64,000 bases of DNA. Origin: Octopus bimaculoides. Lineage: Eukaryota. The translations under genes were made by a program, and so were the position numbers. The stretch spans positions 42,022,265 through 42,086,264 of the forward strand of contig NC_068981.1 in NCBI RefSeq assembly GCF_001194135.2, written 5' to 3'. Each line of letters starts with the position of its first letter. Position 1 is the first letter of the stretch. The notes beneath the pieces are model-generated. The model saw only the letters and a list, made by a program, of their open reading frames with translations, was not told the DNA's origin and ran no database searches. Shown here in pieces: positions 37,401 to 50,835 of this stretch.

Positions 37401-38834
37401 GCTCCTGGATTTCGCATTCCTTATAAATATCTGAAAAATCAATCCTTCGTTTAATGTTTGCTTATATATCTAATGTTAACAAAACACTTGTTACAATTAA
37501 TAAATAACGATTATAAATGAATAATGACTACTGGAATTTATATAGTGTAACGTACAGAATCTGATACCCCTACTCCTGCTTCTAGTAATATGTTGGTAAG
37601 TAATAAGCAAAGTACCAATAGAAGTTTAGAGCAAACAAACAAATGTATACACTTCAGTCATGCTCTGTTTTCATTTTGAGTGGACACTGACGAGAATGCA
37701 TCTTTAAAACGCATTTTACATGCATAATGGTATTTACTAACAACTAGTATTTATTTCTAAATTTTATCAAAATCTAACTAAACTGTATTCATTCTGAAAA
37801 TCTATGTAATAGTTTGTTTCTATTTAACTTTCAATTCACTCTTAAGCCAAGTTTTATATAAAAAAAATAGAAAACCCATTAGTATTTGACTTATTTATGT
37901 ATAATGTCGCAGATCAGACAGCTCCGGATCAGTACTTTCTTTCACAGAATATCATAATTGATTTTCTCTGTTTAACAGAGAGTAAGCATATATTAGTATG
38001 TCGAATTATTCTCATAAACAACTAGAGAACTCTCAACGAAGCAATAACATTAAAATAGTACATGTTTAGCTTAATAACTTCTGCCTGAGCCACATGGTTC
38101 ATTCGATCAGAAACATTGAAAATTTAACGCTCTGTCGTTTCTATAATAATTTCTAAAAGGAAACAAATGATTTACTGGGAAAGTTCTAGATTAACTTAGT
38201 GGATATTAATTTGATAAGATTATCTTTGACATAAAATTCGAAACAAAAAATAATCGATATAATTCAGATATATACATATTTTCGATTTTATATCATAAAA
38301 TTTGACAGTATATTCTTGGTTTTCTCAATATTGACACATGTAGACGCCCGTAGTAGACATGCAGGAAAAACCAAGCAGCTTTAAGACCCAAACTGAATTT
38401 AAACTTGCAGTGAATACTTTCACTACACATCATTCTGGCAATGTTTAATAATCCAGAAATATATTTTCATTGCCCTTTACATCTTTGCTACCAGTCAAGT
38501 ACTGTGGTCGATTTAATATTTCTATAAAGCATCTTAAATGTTAATGGAATTATAATAGAAGACAAAAGCTAAGACTACTTTAACAAATACTTTCATGCGA
38601 ATAAATTTTTATGCAGTTTTTATCCTTTAGATTATATAATGAAGGTTCTATTTAACATCTTAAGAATGTAAGAAAATGTACCAGCGACTTCACAGACAAA
38701 ACTAAATTTCTTAAAACAAAGATTTCTGTAATTCAGGAATATTATTTCTGAATCTATTCTCACGTCATATGTAACTAATAATGTATATTCTAATATAGTT
38801 AAACTATCATTCACATGTGAACTTCAAAAAACCA

Positions 38835-38987
38835 GTGGCTGAGTGGTAAATAGCTTACTTCCCGACCATATGGTTCCGGGTTCATTCCCACAGTGTGGCA
38901 CTTTGGGCAAGTGTCTTCTACTGTAGTCTCGGGCCAACCAAAGCCTTGTGAGTGGATTTGGTAGACGGAAACTGAAAGAAGCTCGTC

Positions 38988-39034
<47 letters not shown>

Positions 39035-39248
39035 TGTGTTTGTGTGTCTATGTTTGTTCCTCCACCATTGCATGACAACCGATGTTGGTGTGCTTACATC
39101 CTCGTAACTTAGCGGTTCGGCAAAAGATTCCGATAGAATAAGCACTAGGTTTACAAAGAATAAGTTATGGGGTCAATTTGTTCGACTAAAGGCGGTGCTC
39201 CAGCATGGCTACAGTCAAATGACTGAAGAAAGTAAAAGAATAAAAGAA
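38835..39248 (+). mobile_element. Composite SINE family B, best-preserved copy, with internal (TA)n
   Basis: gtggctgagtggtaa...ggttccgggttcattccc...ggcactttgggcaagtgtcttctactgtag...ggtagacggaaactgaaagaagctcgtcg-(TA)n-...gtaacttagcggttcggcaaaag...gatagaataag...ggcggtgctccagcatggctacagtcaaatgactgaa. Confidence 0.9.
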
Positions 39249-40269
39249 TGTATTCATCTTTGTTGCGCTGAGCATAGATGTATACGAACAGATTTTGAGC
39301 GCTAGTAGTTATTACCTAAAGTATTTAAGAAATGAAAGATAATTATCTTCTGCATAAATACCCAGTAGCAAGATTAATTAAGACACATAAGATCAAATGT
39401 CCTTCTCAGAAACATAACATAAGGCAATATTAACCTTGAAAACAGATGTTGTTGGTCTAAAGTTTTAATAAGTCCGCCACTTCGCCTCTGTAGTCAAGCT
39501 TAAAGTATTTTTTAAATCATTAACTAATCGTATCTTTATATAGTATATAATGACATATTCAATATCGACGACACAGAATCAAGGATATTCGGGTCATCGT
39601 TTCGACATGGCCATCCATTATTGAGGATTATACTGAAGTGTTCATAAATCAAAATGTATTATGGCAGCCAAATTTAACATTACAAATTAGTTGATAAGAA
39701 GTGATAAATCTGATTTTAATTTGTGAATACTCTCCCTTTAGTGAAAAATAAGTTTTGCTGTATTGCAGCGTTCTCAAATTTACTTTTGTTAATTACATAC
39801 TCATTCTGTTTGCAGTGACTTTTTTTATTAAAAATTTATTCAGATTTTTACGCAAGGACTTGTTTGCCATAAAGAAAAGGTAGTCATAACCTTCTATTAG
39901 AATCCATTGCTATTTAACATGCTTTAAAAGCATATTAAATTGTCTCTTAGTACTTGATTTTTAGAGAAGAGGAGGCATGGAAAATATTATCAAATTAACG
40001 TGTAGCATCTTTTGTATCGGTGGTTTTCTTTTGTGGTAAAAGAGTTACATGAATTATAATCCTTGAATAGGGCACGAGCTGTTATTGTTTAGTCCCATAT
40101 TAGCTCTACTCAAATAGGCCTATGATCAAAGGGATTCGAAATTGTCAATAGATTTATACATGTCAGCATTTGAGCTGTTGATACCTGAGAAAAAAATCAT
40201 AAAATAATTAGGATGAATTAAAAAAGAAATTTTAATATTAAATATAGCTGGAATACTTTCTCCACGTTG

Positions 40270-40365
40270 TTATTATTTAGCTTGAGGCCAACCTTAGCCG
40301 AGCACACCAATGATCAAAGCGTTCCAGCCATGACAATTTCATCTTATTTTCAGGTATAGTACCTC
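40270..40365 (+). repeat. Unclassified short interspersed repeat; related fragments at about 40080-40140, 43985-44070, 44700-44790 and 45250-45330
   Basis: Shared motif of the form atttagc..ag.tca.cc.tga.cgagca.acc.atgatcaaag.gttccagccatga. Confidence 0.45.
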
Positions 40366-40483
40366 TATCAGCGCCTTATACAATTTACTTAATTTTTTTA
40401 AATAGTAGGGCGTGACTTCTGAGTATCTATAGCAAATGCCATAGCTTTTTAAAATTTAAAGTAGAAAAAAAAACATCTTTAAC

Positions 40484-40696
40484 CAAAAGATCCCATCCTC
40501 TTCGTCCTGGTGTACGTTCTACTTGCCTTCTCTTGGGATGCACGTTTTTATATGGGTTTTCCTTCTCTGTTTCCTCTTTGCACGGTCGAAGCAGTTTTCT
40601 GCTGCCTCTTTTCAATTCCCACGTCTTCTTCATAGTTACATGATGATGGACTGACACTTTGAGAGTGGCGGTCTTGGATTTTTGGTTGTATTCTTT
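40484..40696 (-). CDS. Weak candidate coding exon (213 nt, phase 0-0)
   Basis: Acceptor ttttatccttggcaacag|AAA. Open frame KEYNQKSKTATLKVSVHHH...RTPGRRGWDLL. Locally higher GC, but the donor |gttaaa is weak and I recognise no domain. Confidence 0.2.
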
Positions 40697-40944
40697 CTGT
40701 TGCCAAGGATAAAACAAGGATGACGGCTGTTGAAATAGGAATATATTTCCACGGCCGTTCTCTAATTCCCAGACAATAAGTTTGTCCTTTTCCTTAATAA
40801 CACGTCAACTTCAGTGAAATCTTGAATCATGAGATTATCTCCCCTTCTCAAAAGGAACTGGTTGAATTGCCATTTGGTAATTATGGCACGTCCTGTAGAG
40901 GCAGAGATAATCAAGAATTTATGTTGTATGATAATTGTTAAACC

Positions 40945-41016
<72 letters not shown>

Positions 41017-41574
41017 CTGCCATATACTGGCGAATGCACGGGTTTACAAACTCTGTACATAAAACTTATATTCTATTAGAAGTTGCGAATTTCAATCTAT
41101 TATTCAAGCGAATGGAGTAGGAACCAGCATGAAAACATAGATTCAAAACAATGCCAAAACCCACTGAATGGTGTCGAGATTTAACTTGTTGCTGAAACAG
41201 GTGAAAAAGTATGCCTCACATTCTTTCAATGCATATATTCAATTGTAAGACGGAGAGTATTTGGAATTTTCATCTAGGCACATGCAAAACACATGTTAAA
41301 TTTATGTCCTCAGTATCATACATGTAAACGCACGAAATTAAGATGGTTATTCCTTTTAATGAAATTTTAATGGTGTTGCTTTTTTTTTTTCATAATATTA
41401 AATTTTGAAGAGGAAGTAATAAGCAGCATTACCAGGAATATAGCACAAGCGATTCGTGACGCATCAGTTATATGCATACGAACATAAACACGTACGCATA
41501 CGCCACCACCACACCCTTTCCACACACTTAAGGGCTCGCCCACAAACCTACATATACATGTATATATGAATAAT

Positions 41575-41703
41575 ATATATGTACGTATATATACATATAT
41601 GCATAATTTATAAGTCTCTATATATTTATATGTATAATTTACATGTATCTATTTATATATACTTGTGTGTGTGTATATATATATATATGTATATATATAT
41701 ATG

Positions 41704-41735
<32 letters not shown>

Positions 41736-41968
41736 TNNNNNNNNNNNNNNNNNNNNNNNNNNNNNNNNNNNNNNNNNNNNNNNNNNNNNNNNNNNNNNNN
41801 NNNNNNNNNNNNNNNNNNNNNNNNNNNNNNNNNNNNNNNNNNNNNNNNNNNNNNNNNNNNNNNNNNNNNNNNNNNNNNNNNNNNNNNNNNNNNNNNNNNN
41901 NNNNNNNNNNNNNNNNNNNNNNNNNNNNNNNNNNNNNNNNNNNNNNNNNNNNNNTATATATATATATG

Positions 41969-42001
<33 letters not shown>

Positions 42002-42200
42002 GTGTGTGTAGGGGTAATATGCATACATGCACACACTCATACACAAAGCACACACACACACACACATTCATTTATTTATTTTTATACATGGAGAGTGACG
42101 ATAGAGAGATAGATAGATAAGCAGATAGATAAATAGAGAGACAGATAGACAGATTGTTAGACAGATAGATAGGTAGACAGATAAATAGAGTGACTGAACT
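41575..42200. repeat. (TA)n/(CA)n/(GATA)n microsatellite cluster around a gap
   Basis: Direct reading. Confidence 0.93.
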
Positions 42201-42837
42201 AGAGACATATAAAAGAATTCTCTGAAAATAGTCATTGAATTAGTTTTCGGAAAATAGTAACAAACAGACAGCATTCCAGCAAGACACATTCGTATGACCA
42301 CACACATTTCTATACATAACACCCCTCTGTTGCACACATATAAATAACATTAACTATACAATTTCAAAAACACGTAACATCCAACATCCCTACATACAAT
42401 AATACATACAGTGACGCACATTCAATCGTCAGTTGATTCGTTCAAAGATTATTATTGAATTGACGCTAATCATTTCATTTCCTCATATATGTATTCAATA
42501 GATTTGTCCATTATTGTAAATAACAATATTACATCGAGTTGTAACAGAAAGTGTTAAGATGTTCTTTATAATCCTTTTTAATAACATTCTAATTATAATT
42601 CTATCATTACGAATATTATCATCCCCCATCTCTTTACTACTATGGAAATCATTATAATAATATAAAGGAAGAAATTCTTATTCCAGTATTAATATCATTA
42701 TTATTTTTATTGCATACTTCCACTGTGCAATCGTGCACAGCTTTGTGCGTCTTGACGTGTTTTGTCTTGATGCTGTGTTTTTCAAATCCTATTGAAAGAG
42801 AGTATTGTACATAGAATGCGTAGAATTTCATAGCAGT

Positions 42838-42871
42838 TTTATTATTATTATTATTATTATTGTTGTTGTTG

Positions 42872-42929
<58 letters not shown>

Positions 42930-42948
42930 CATTATTATTATTATTATT
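42838..42948. repeat. (ATT)n/(GTT)n microsatellite
   Basis: Direct reading. Confidence 0.95.
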
Positions 42949-43409
42949 TAAACTCGCGACGTATTAAACACTATTATTGAATTAGCTTGAACTTCTATTT
43001 GTTTTCATTCCACATTTTGTACAATTATTTCTCTATTGTTCATCTTAATATTTGTACATTTAACTTTGTGTGTTCATTTGCCTTTTGTGTATTGAACCTT
43101 TGTTCATTTAACATTAGTGTATTTACCTTTTGTGCAAAATTAATGTTTATAATGCAACAGTGTTGTTGTAGTTGTCGTTATTGTCACCTCTTTTGTTGTT
43201 GTTGATCTCTAACACTGTTGTGGTGTGTGTTATTACTCTTCATGTAATTGCTATCGTTTTTGTAACTGTTGCTGTTGCTATGCATTATTCCTTGCTGCTT
43301 TTAATCGTAAAATGTACCTCGTTATTCTACCGAAGGAGCTTCTAGGGGAATTTGGGCACTTATCAAATACATCCCACTGTTCTATTAAAAGAAGGGTCAT
43401 AGTGAAACA

Positions 43410-43557
43410 CCTGATAAATAAAAAGAGAAAAGAAAAAATATATAACAGGTACGTTAAGTGATGCATAATTTAAACATGAATGAAATGTAAAGTTAATGTC
43501 ATATTTCAGAGGCATGGTATATATTATGCCTGATAAATAAAAAGAGAAAAGAAAAAA
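43410..43557 (+). repeat. 92-bp segment (identical to 46516-46607) enclosed by a perfect 29-bp direct repeat
   Basis: cctgataaataaaaagagaaaagaaaaaa is at 43410-43438 and 43529-43557. The segment 43438-43529 equals 46516-46607. Confidence 0.93.
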
Positions 43558-43607
43558 GAAAGAGTAAAAGAAGCTGAGTGCTGGTACAACTTATCAAAAG
43601 TCTAATC

Positions 43608-43859
43608 CAGTGGTCTTTTAAAATTTTTGTTTGTGGATCTATTCGATTCCTATTTTACTCAGGTGGCCCCTTATAACAATTCAATGTTTTTAAAAATCTT
43701 ATATTCTTATAATTGAATATTATTAGAAATTGTATAAAAATTTAAAAAAAAATATTTTGCATATTGTAGAAATATAACCAATTTATTGCACATAAATTTT
43801 AACAACAAATCTTATATGGCTCTCCAAGAATCATTAAGACCCCCACTTGAAATCCACTG
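43608..43859. mobile_element. Possible old hAT-like MITE
   Basis: Ends are CAGTGG...CCACTG. The 8-bp flanks gtctaatc and gtttagtt match at 5/8. The interior is AT-rich and the TIR match beyond 6 bp is poor. Confidence 0.3.
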
Positions 43860-44214
43860 GTTTAGTTGATCAGCGCTGACTCGGACTAAAATACAAGCAT
43901 ACGGAGCTGTACTGTTTCTTATGCTATCCTCTTTGCAACTGTTATTACAGGCGTAGAAGCTATTATTCTTGCTGTAGTGAATTGCTGTCATTGCACCCTA
44001 GATCAGCTCAGCTCTCATTGAACAGATTCTAGTCATGAATGTCTCGTATAATTTTTAGACTAAGCATATCTAAAATTCTTATATTCAATGTCCCCTTCCT
44101 TTCTTTGATAAGTTAGAATTGATTTAAAACCTATTAGGTTTCTATTTTTGTAAATCTAGTAACTATCTAGAGTATCGTTTACTCGTATTTAATATTCTTA
44201 TAAAGTTATTGTTA

Positions 44215-44640
44215 CAGTTGGCAGAGTGCGCGGTGCATTGACTGAATTGTTACTGTGTTGGACAAAATATCTTACGACATTAGTTCTGACTCTTTATCTT
44301 TTGAGTTCTTACCCACCGAGGCCTGTTTTGCATTTCGCCCTTTCTGAGTCTATAAAATGAAGTGCGTCAACTACTGGAGCCAATGGTATCGATTTAACTC
44401 CCTTTCATTGAAATTCATTTTTGTGAGGATGGTGGATTGGCAGAATCGTTGAAACTTTGGACAAAATACCTTTGAGCATTTGACTACCTACACTCTGATT
44501 TCAGAGCCGACCGAAGCCAACTTTGTCTTTCATCTCTTCAGGACCGATAGAGTAAATTACTATTTAACTGCTGGTGCCAATGTTATCAATTAATTCCTCT
44601 CCACTAATTTTTCAGGTCTTATACATATGTTAGAAAAATT
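44215..44640 (+). mobile_element. Two tandem, highly degenerate SINE family A copies (about 44215-44410 and 44430-44640)
   Basis: Each has a ggcaga.tcg head, a tga.ttc...ccgag/aagcc..cttt.c.tttc.tc core and a gatttaactc or aattaattcctc end. Confidence 0.55.
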
Positions 44641-44831
44641 ATTGTTATCAGAGTCGGTAGAGCGTCAGTTGCACAAAAAGGTTGAGACATTATCATGTTA
44701 GTTTGTTGCTCCATCTCAGCTCTCATTTAGCAAACCTCTGATCAAAAGCGTATCAGCTACAAGTATTCAGTAATGATACATATTAAGCACACGCTGAGTA
44801 TATATTTAACAGAAAACCATAATAATATTAT

Positions 44832-45044
44832 TTTCTATTCTAGGTACAACGCCCGAAATTTTTGAGAAGGGGGGCAGTCGATTAGATCGACGTCAGTACG
44901 CAACTGGTACTTAATTTATCGACCCAGAAAGGATGAAAGGCAGAGTCGACCTCGGCGGAATTTGAAATCAGAACGTAAAGACGGGTGAAATACTGTTAAG
45001 CATTTCACTCGGCGTGCTAACGATTTCGCCAGTTCGCCGCCTTA
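44832..45044 (-). mobile_element. SINE family A (gttgtacctagaatagaaa tail type)
   Basis: Reverse strand reads aaggcggcgaactggcgaaatcgttagcacgccgag...atttcaaattccgccgaggtcgactctgcctttcatcc...attaagtaccagttgcgtactgacgtcgatctaatcgact. Confidence 0.93.
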
Positions 45045-45854
45045 GACAAACCATATTAATATTATAACATTTATTGACATAATGAACTATTCAGACACAT
45101 GAGCACTAAGGAAGACATGATCCGATTGTGGGATAATATAAGTACCAATCAAATATATATTCGTTATTTCTTGTCGATGTAAGGAATCAATATTGCAGTA
45201 ACGCTTGTTGTTAACAATATTTTTCAGGTTACCGTTATTTTGCTGTGTTGCTACTATTTAACCCAGATCAACCCTGATCAAGCTCTAGCATAATCATTTC
45301 ACCCATGATTGTTCCGTCGTTGGTACAGCGTATCTTCATCCAATGTGTCACTTTTTGAGACGATAGAGTATTATTTAAAGCAGACATCGCTGCTATTTCT
45401 AACAAACCAAAAGACATGGTTTTTGTTGTAGTTGAAATACGTCTTTCATATTATGTATAATTCAGGAGAGATTAGGCTGCTGTTTTTAGCCGGTGAAGAA
45501 AGTCTCACGCTAGTTCGTAGCATTATTGTTTTGAAAGCTACTTGTATTGTCACTGTTGGTGTTGTTTCTACTATTGTATTACTATTGTATTACTGTTAAA
45601 ATCCCGGATTGGAATGTGATGTGTGTTCAGTTGATTTAGGATAACAAAGAATTACTTTAAAATCGCGTGACGCACATACCAAATAGTTTCCTGTTTAGCT
45701 CTCCCTATAAAAATATTTTCCATTTAAGCCAAACCACTCCACTGTATTGTTGCATTGTGCTAAAATACGCTAGTGTCATATCATTAAAGTTTACTATCCC
45801 ATTAATGTCCCATAATGTATGTTCGTATATTCCTTTCTGTACCTTTTGCAATAC

Positions 45855-45891
45855 GTATGTATGTGTGTATGCATGTATATATGTATGTATA

Positions 45892-45936
<45 letters not shown>

Positions 45937-47180
45937 NNNNNNNNNNNNNNNNNNNNNNNNNNNNNNNNNNNNNNNNNNNNNNNNNNNNNNNNNNNNNNNN
46001 NNNNNNNNNNNNNNNNNNNNNNNNNNNNNNNNNNNNNNNNNNNNNNNNNNNNNNNNNNNNNNNNNNNNNNNNNNNNNNNNNNNNNNNNNNNNNNNNNNNN
46101 NNNNNNNNNNNNNNNNNNNNNNNNNNNNNNNNNNNNNNNNNNNNNNNNNNNNNNNNNNNNNNNNNNNNNNNNNNNNNNNNNNNNNNNNNNNNNNNNNNNN
46201 NNNNNNNNNNNNNNNNNNNNNNNNNNNNNNATATATATACATATATAAATATGTATGAATGTATATATATATATGTGTATGTCTATATAAATGTATATGT
46301 ATATATATATTGTAAATATATATACATATATAAATATATATATATGTATATATATATTGTATATATATAAATATATGTATGTATATACATACATACATAC
46401 ATACATATATATATACATATACATACATATATATTTATCCATTTATATATAAAATGTATGTATATATGTGTATGTATGCATTCATATATAATGTATTATC
46501 ATTTTTTATACATTTATATATAACAGGTACGTTAAGTGATGCATAATTTAAACATGAATGAAATGTAAAGTTAATGTCATATTTCAGAGGCATGGTATAT
46601 ATTATGCTTGTGTATATTGCATACGCACACATACACACACATATATATATATATACACACACGCACATATATATGTATTATATGCACGTATAAACATATA
46701 TTTACATATGTATATGTCTGTATGTTGAATGGATTATACATACACACATGTATATAAGTATATATATGTGTAAATTTAGAGAGAGAGAGAGGGTGAAAGA
46801 GAGAGGGAAGGGGACAGAGATTGATAGAATGACAGAGAGAGTGGGAGAGAGAGAGAGAGTGAGAGAGAGAGAGCGAGAGGAAATGAAACACTGAATAATA
46901 TTTTAAGTAGCTTGAACTGACACAGGATGACTTTTCTCTACTCTGCCGATAGATCTTTCAATTGCACGGTGAATTTTCTTGTTGGATACGCTCTTTGATC
47001 CAGCAATATTCCATATTTACCCACCTACCTACCTACCTACTTGCCTACCTACCTACCTACCTACCTACCTACCTACCTACCTACCTACCTACCTACCGAC
47101 ACACACACACGCACACACGTGTACACGTACACATACACACACACGCACGCACGCACACACACAAACACTCTCACACACAT
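45855..47180. repeat. Microsatellite cluster (TA)n, (TATG)n, (GA)n, (CCTA)n, (CA)n with a gap
   Basis: Direct reading. Confidence 0.9.
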
Positions 47181-48029
47181 GTTAAACCGTTAATCCCAAC
47201 ACATTTTTTCTCTCCATTTTTTTCTTTCTCCATTTTTTTCTTCTCATCCCTTTCGGTCAAAGAGCATATGCTCAAAATGTCAAAGACTTTTCCATTCCAT
47301 ATGAGCGTCAAACTAAAGCATCTGCTTTCTATTTCCCTCACCTGTTTTCGTCTTTTGTTTTCTGTACATTTGAACTATNNNNNNNNNNNNNNNNNNNNNN
47401 NNNNNNNNNNNNNNNNNNNNNNNNNNNNNNNNNNNNNNNNNNNNNNNNNNNNNNNNNNNNNNNNNNNNNNNNNNNNNNNNNNNNNNNNNNNNNNNNNNNN
47501 NNNNNNNNNNNNNNNNNNNNNNNNTATATATATATATATATATTTATATACATGTGTGGTGTTTTATATATGTATATATTTCAAATGAATTGGATGCTTT
47601 ATATTTTTATATGTGCATGAATATACATCCTCAGAAATACTAACCGCCTGTGTATTCAATTATTTGATGCTAAGGTACAATTCTTCATAAGGCAAAACAT
47701 TACGAAGAAAAACAAAACAACAATATTATTTCAACGATAATTATTCCAAATAGGTCGGTGAAATTAAATAATATTGTTACTGAAAATATATAATTACTGA
47801 AAAAAAATCTTCCTTCTGCTCTATATATATACAGACCCAAATACAGGAATAGTCACATGACAAACATTATGCCTCTGTATTATTACTCAGCTTACTGCAT
47901 ATATCAGCCAACTCACCATCAAATCGCTCCCTGAAGACGGAGTGGTTGCGAATTCATTGTATCACATCATACATCTACCGAGGCAGGGTTTCTTTGAGGC
48001 TAAAAAGGTACCACAGTAACATCAACAAT

Positions 48030-48068
<39 letters not shown>

Positions 48069-48069
48069 C

Positions 48070-48240
48070 ACAACTATAAGGCTTCAGTGGGCTACAGCAC
48101 AAATGCTATCAGCTCAGTTTAACTGACAAAGCTTTGGGCAATCCGAGAGCTTTAGTAGAATATTCATAGCCAAGGGCCCACGCAGTTATCATCATGAACT
48201 CATCGTTATGAAACTATTCTGTTAACTTCTCGGCCTTGCC
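48070..48240 (-). mobile_element. SINE family B head fragment; another at 49583-49730 (-)
   Basis: ggcttcagt...actgacaaagctttgggcaatccgagagctttagtagaatatt..agccaagggcccacgcag. At 49583: acagcttccacacaatttcctgccaccgaattcactcacaaa...ggctatag..aacactcaccc...aaccacacagccatgc. Confidence 0.6.
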
Positions 48241-48779
48241 AGACTTACACATACGTACACACACACATACACACTCACAAATGTTTTAGCTAATGTATAG
48301 ATTTATACCATGCAAAATTTAGGCAATATCTTGACCTTTTCTCACCAAAAGTATTCATAAGCAGTTGAAAAGCATTACTTGCTTCAAAGAAGTTATTGTG
48401 ATATTCATGTTCTTATCAAGATTTTTTTTTATCAATATAACAACAGATTGAGTAATTCATCCAAATGTTAATTGAAACCAAGACAGGTCCTTAGGCGGTT
48501 TCATGCACATTTAAAGATCAGTTTTCTATACATAATATTAAGTGATATATAAATGCATGTTTTAATGCATTGTTACGAACAAAAACAGTCGATCATTAAT
48601 TGAAGGATCGCTCCATACATTTAAGTATGTGTGTATGTATGTGTAGACTCAAGTATGACTGTTATCGAGCAGTTCATTTTACAGCCACGTAGATTTGTGC
48701 TTGATCTCATTGGGCAGCAGCTTGTCGCCCAATGTGTCCTGTCATAGCTGCCACTGATTAAGCTAGTTTCCATTTGGAT

Positions 48780-49260
48780 TTTCCCATATACAGTTCGACT
48801 TAGCCATTTCGGTTGAAATACTAGTATTTAAGTTTTCCTCATAGATGGGTCTGCTGTAGCTTAGTTTTCACTTATTTCTATAGAATAATTTTCCGTAATG
48901 TTGAGATTAATGTTAAGTAATTTTTGTTTGTTTTTGCTATGTTAGGTTTATTTTTAAAGAGATAATGGATGGCGAAGTGTTATGGTAGTATTCAATATTA
49001 TCGGTCAGCTTCTAGTACTTTGATGTAGAAAGGTGCAGCTATGACGAAGATTTCTTTAATGAACGAAAAATTAGTGATTTTTCAACTGGTATTGGTTAGA
49101 TTTTTGAAATCTCTTGGGTGGTAGGAATCTGTATTACCCTATGTAGTCTTTCCGTTAAATTTGCTGTATGGTTCGTATCTATCTGTAGAGTTTGATATCA
49201 ATAACTTCACAACACTCAGGTTAATGATAATAGACATTTAGAAGTCGAAATCATTAAAAA
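48780..49260 (-). mobile_element. Penelope-like element remnant (RT C-terminus/thumb/linker)
   Basis: Reverse strand gives SIIINLSVVKLL...YEPYSKFN...NTDSYHP..FKN...SS..AAPFYIKVLEA...VFQP. This matches the Penelope V.FLDV..Y.PY.KPN..Y...SNHP....SS...F..A...Y..AL...WFNP layout. Confidence 0.55.
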
Positions 49261-49324
49261 TATAGATTAAATTATTAAAGGAATTGATTAAATTATTAAA
49301 GGAATTGGTTAAACTTTTCCAAAG

Positions 49325-49356
<32 letters not shown>

Positions 49357-49536
49357 CAAGGAGTATATAATTTATTGAAGTAGTTTGACTTTAGAGTCCC
49401 ATTACAGCGTGAGGCGTTACTTATAGTAATAGCCCTTTGTATATAATGATAAATTTAAAGAATAAAATTATATATTTTGTATTAATGTTTTCCTTAATTG
49501 GTTTTCCACGCTGGCTGCTTGATAAATATTATATTC

Positions 49537-49581
<45 letters not shown>

Positions 49582-50669
49582 CAGCTTCCACACAATTTCC
49601 TGCCACCGAATTCACTCACAAATCATTCGTCGGTTCGTGGCTATAGTTCAACACACTCACCCATGGATTAGTGTGTTGAACTATCGCCATGAACCGAGCA
49701 AACTTTTTAACCACACAGCCATGCTCACGCGTATATGTTCTGTAATCTTTTAATAATCATCGATTTTATTCACATTAGTCGCTTTCTTGAATTTAATATG
49801 GATTAATGCAATAAAATCAAAGAGACTATTGATCTCGGCTCTCCCAACAATGTTTAGATATGCTTGTGATACACCGAAGTCAATCATTCCAAGAAATAGC
49901 CATAACCATGTATCATCTGGAAATAATAAAATGCATTGTGTCAGGATTGGTTTAGGAACAAATTCGGTGAAAGTAAATCAGCAGAATTATATAAGAGTGT
50001 CAAACAGAAACACAAGACAAATAGCTGTGGCATATTTCTAATAGTTAGTTAAGCTAAAATAACGCTTCTGGACGATTAAATTTCTGATCTGAAATCTTAA
50101 GCCAATTGACCATCAAACCAACTTGCATGATTTGAACTTTAGGTGAGACACAGATCTTCTCAATAATTCCATGCAATATTGTGCTAAGTGTCAATATGTG
50201 TGTGCATTTATTTCGATATGTGATTGTGTATCTTAGTGGAAGCTAACGCAATCCATCATTTCTGATCAGTTTATGTGATTCCGATTAGCAAAGGAAAGTA
50301 AACTTTGCTATTCTCCAATCCTTTAGTACATTCTTGATTGATTCATTGGTTTTTACTTCAGCTATTTACATATTCTAATCAGCTTTTCACCATCACAAGA
50401 ATTTAGTTAGAGCCTCTCCTTTATGTAAGCCCTCTTCGAGATTCTCCGATAATCATATCACAGAGAAAAAGACATTGTGAGATGATTTAGTTTCAACTAT
50501 CAGCATTCCAGGTTTAAACACTGACAAGGTTACATATGGCTGCCACTATGAGTGTAGATAAAATATGTTCCAGGAATGTCATGGAATCGATTAATTTGAC
50601 TATACCTATCCTTATAAATTTGTAGCAATATAATACGATATAATATATAACATATGATAGAATGAAATA

Positions 50670-50704
<35 letters not shown>

Positions 50705-50784
50705 CGTGCGTGCGTGCGTCGGTGTGTTTGCGCGTGTATTCCTGTGAGTTTGTGTGATGTGTATGTGTGTGTATAGTACACACA

Positions 50785-50835
<51 letters not shown>

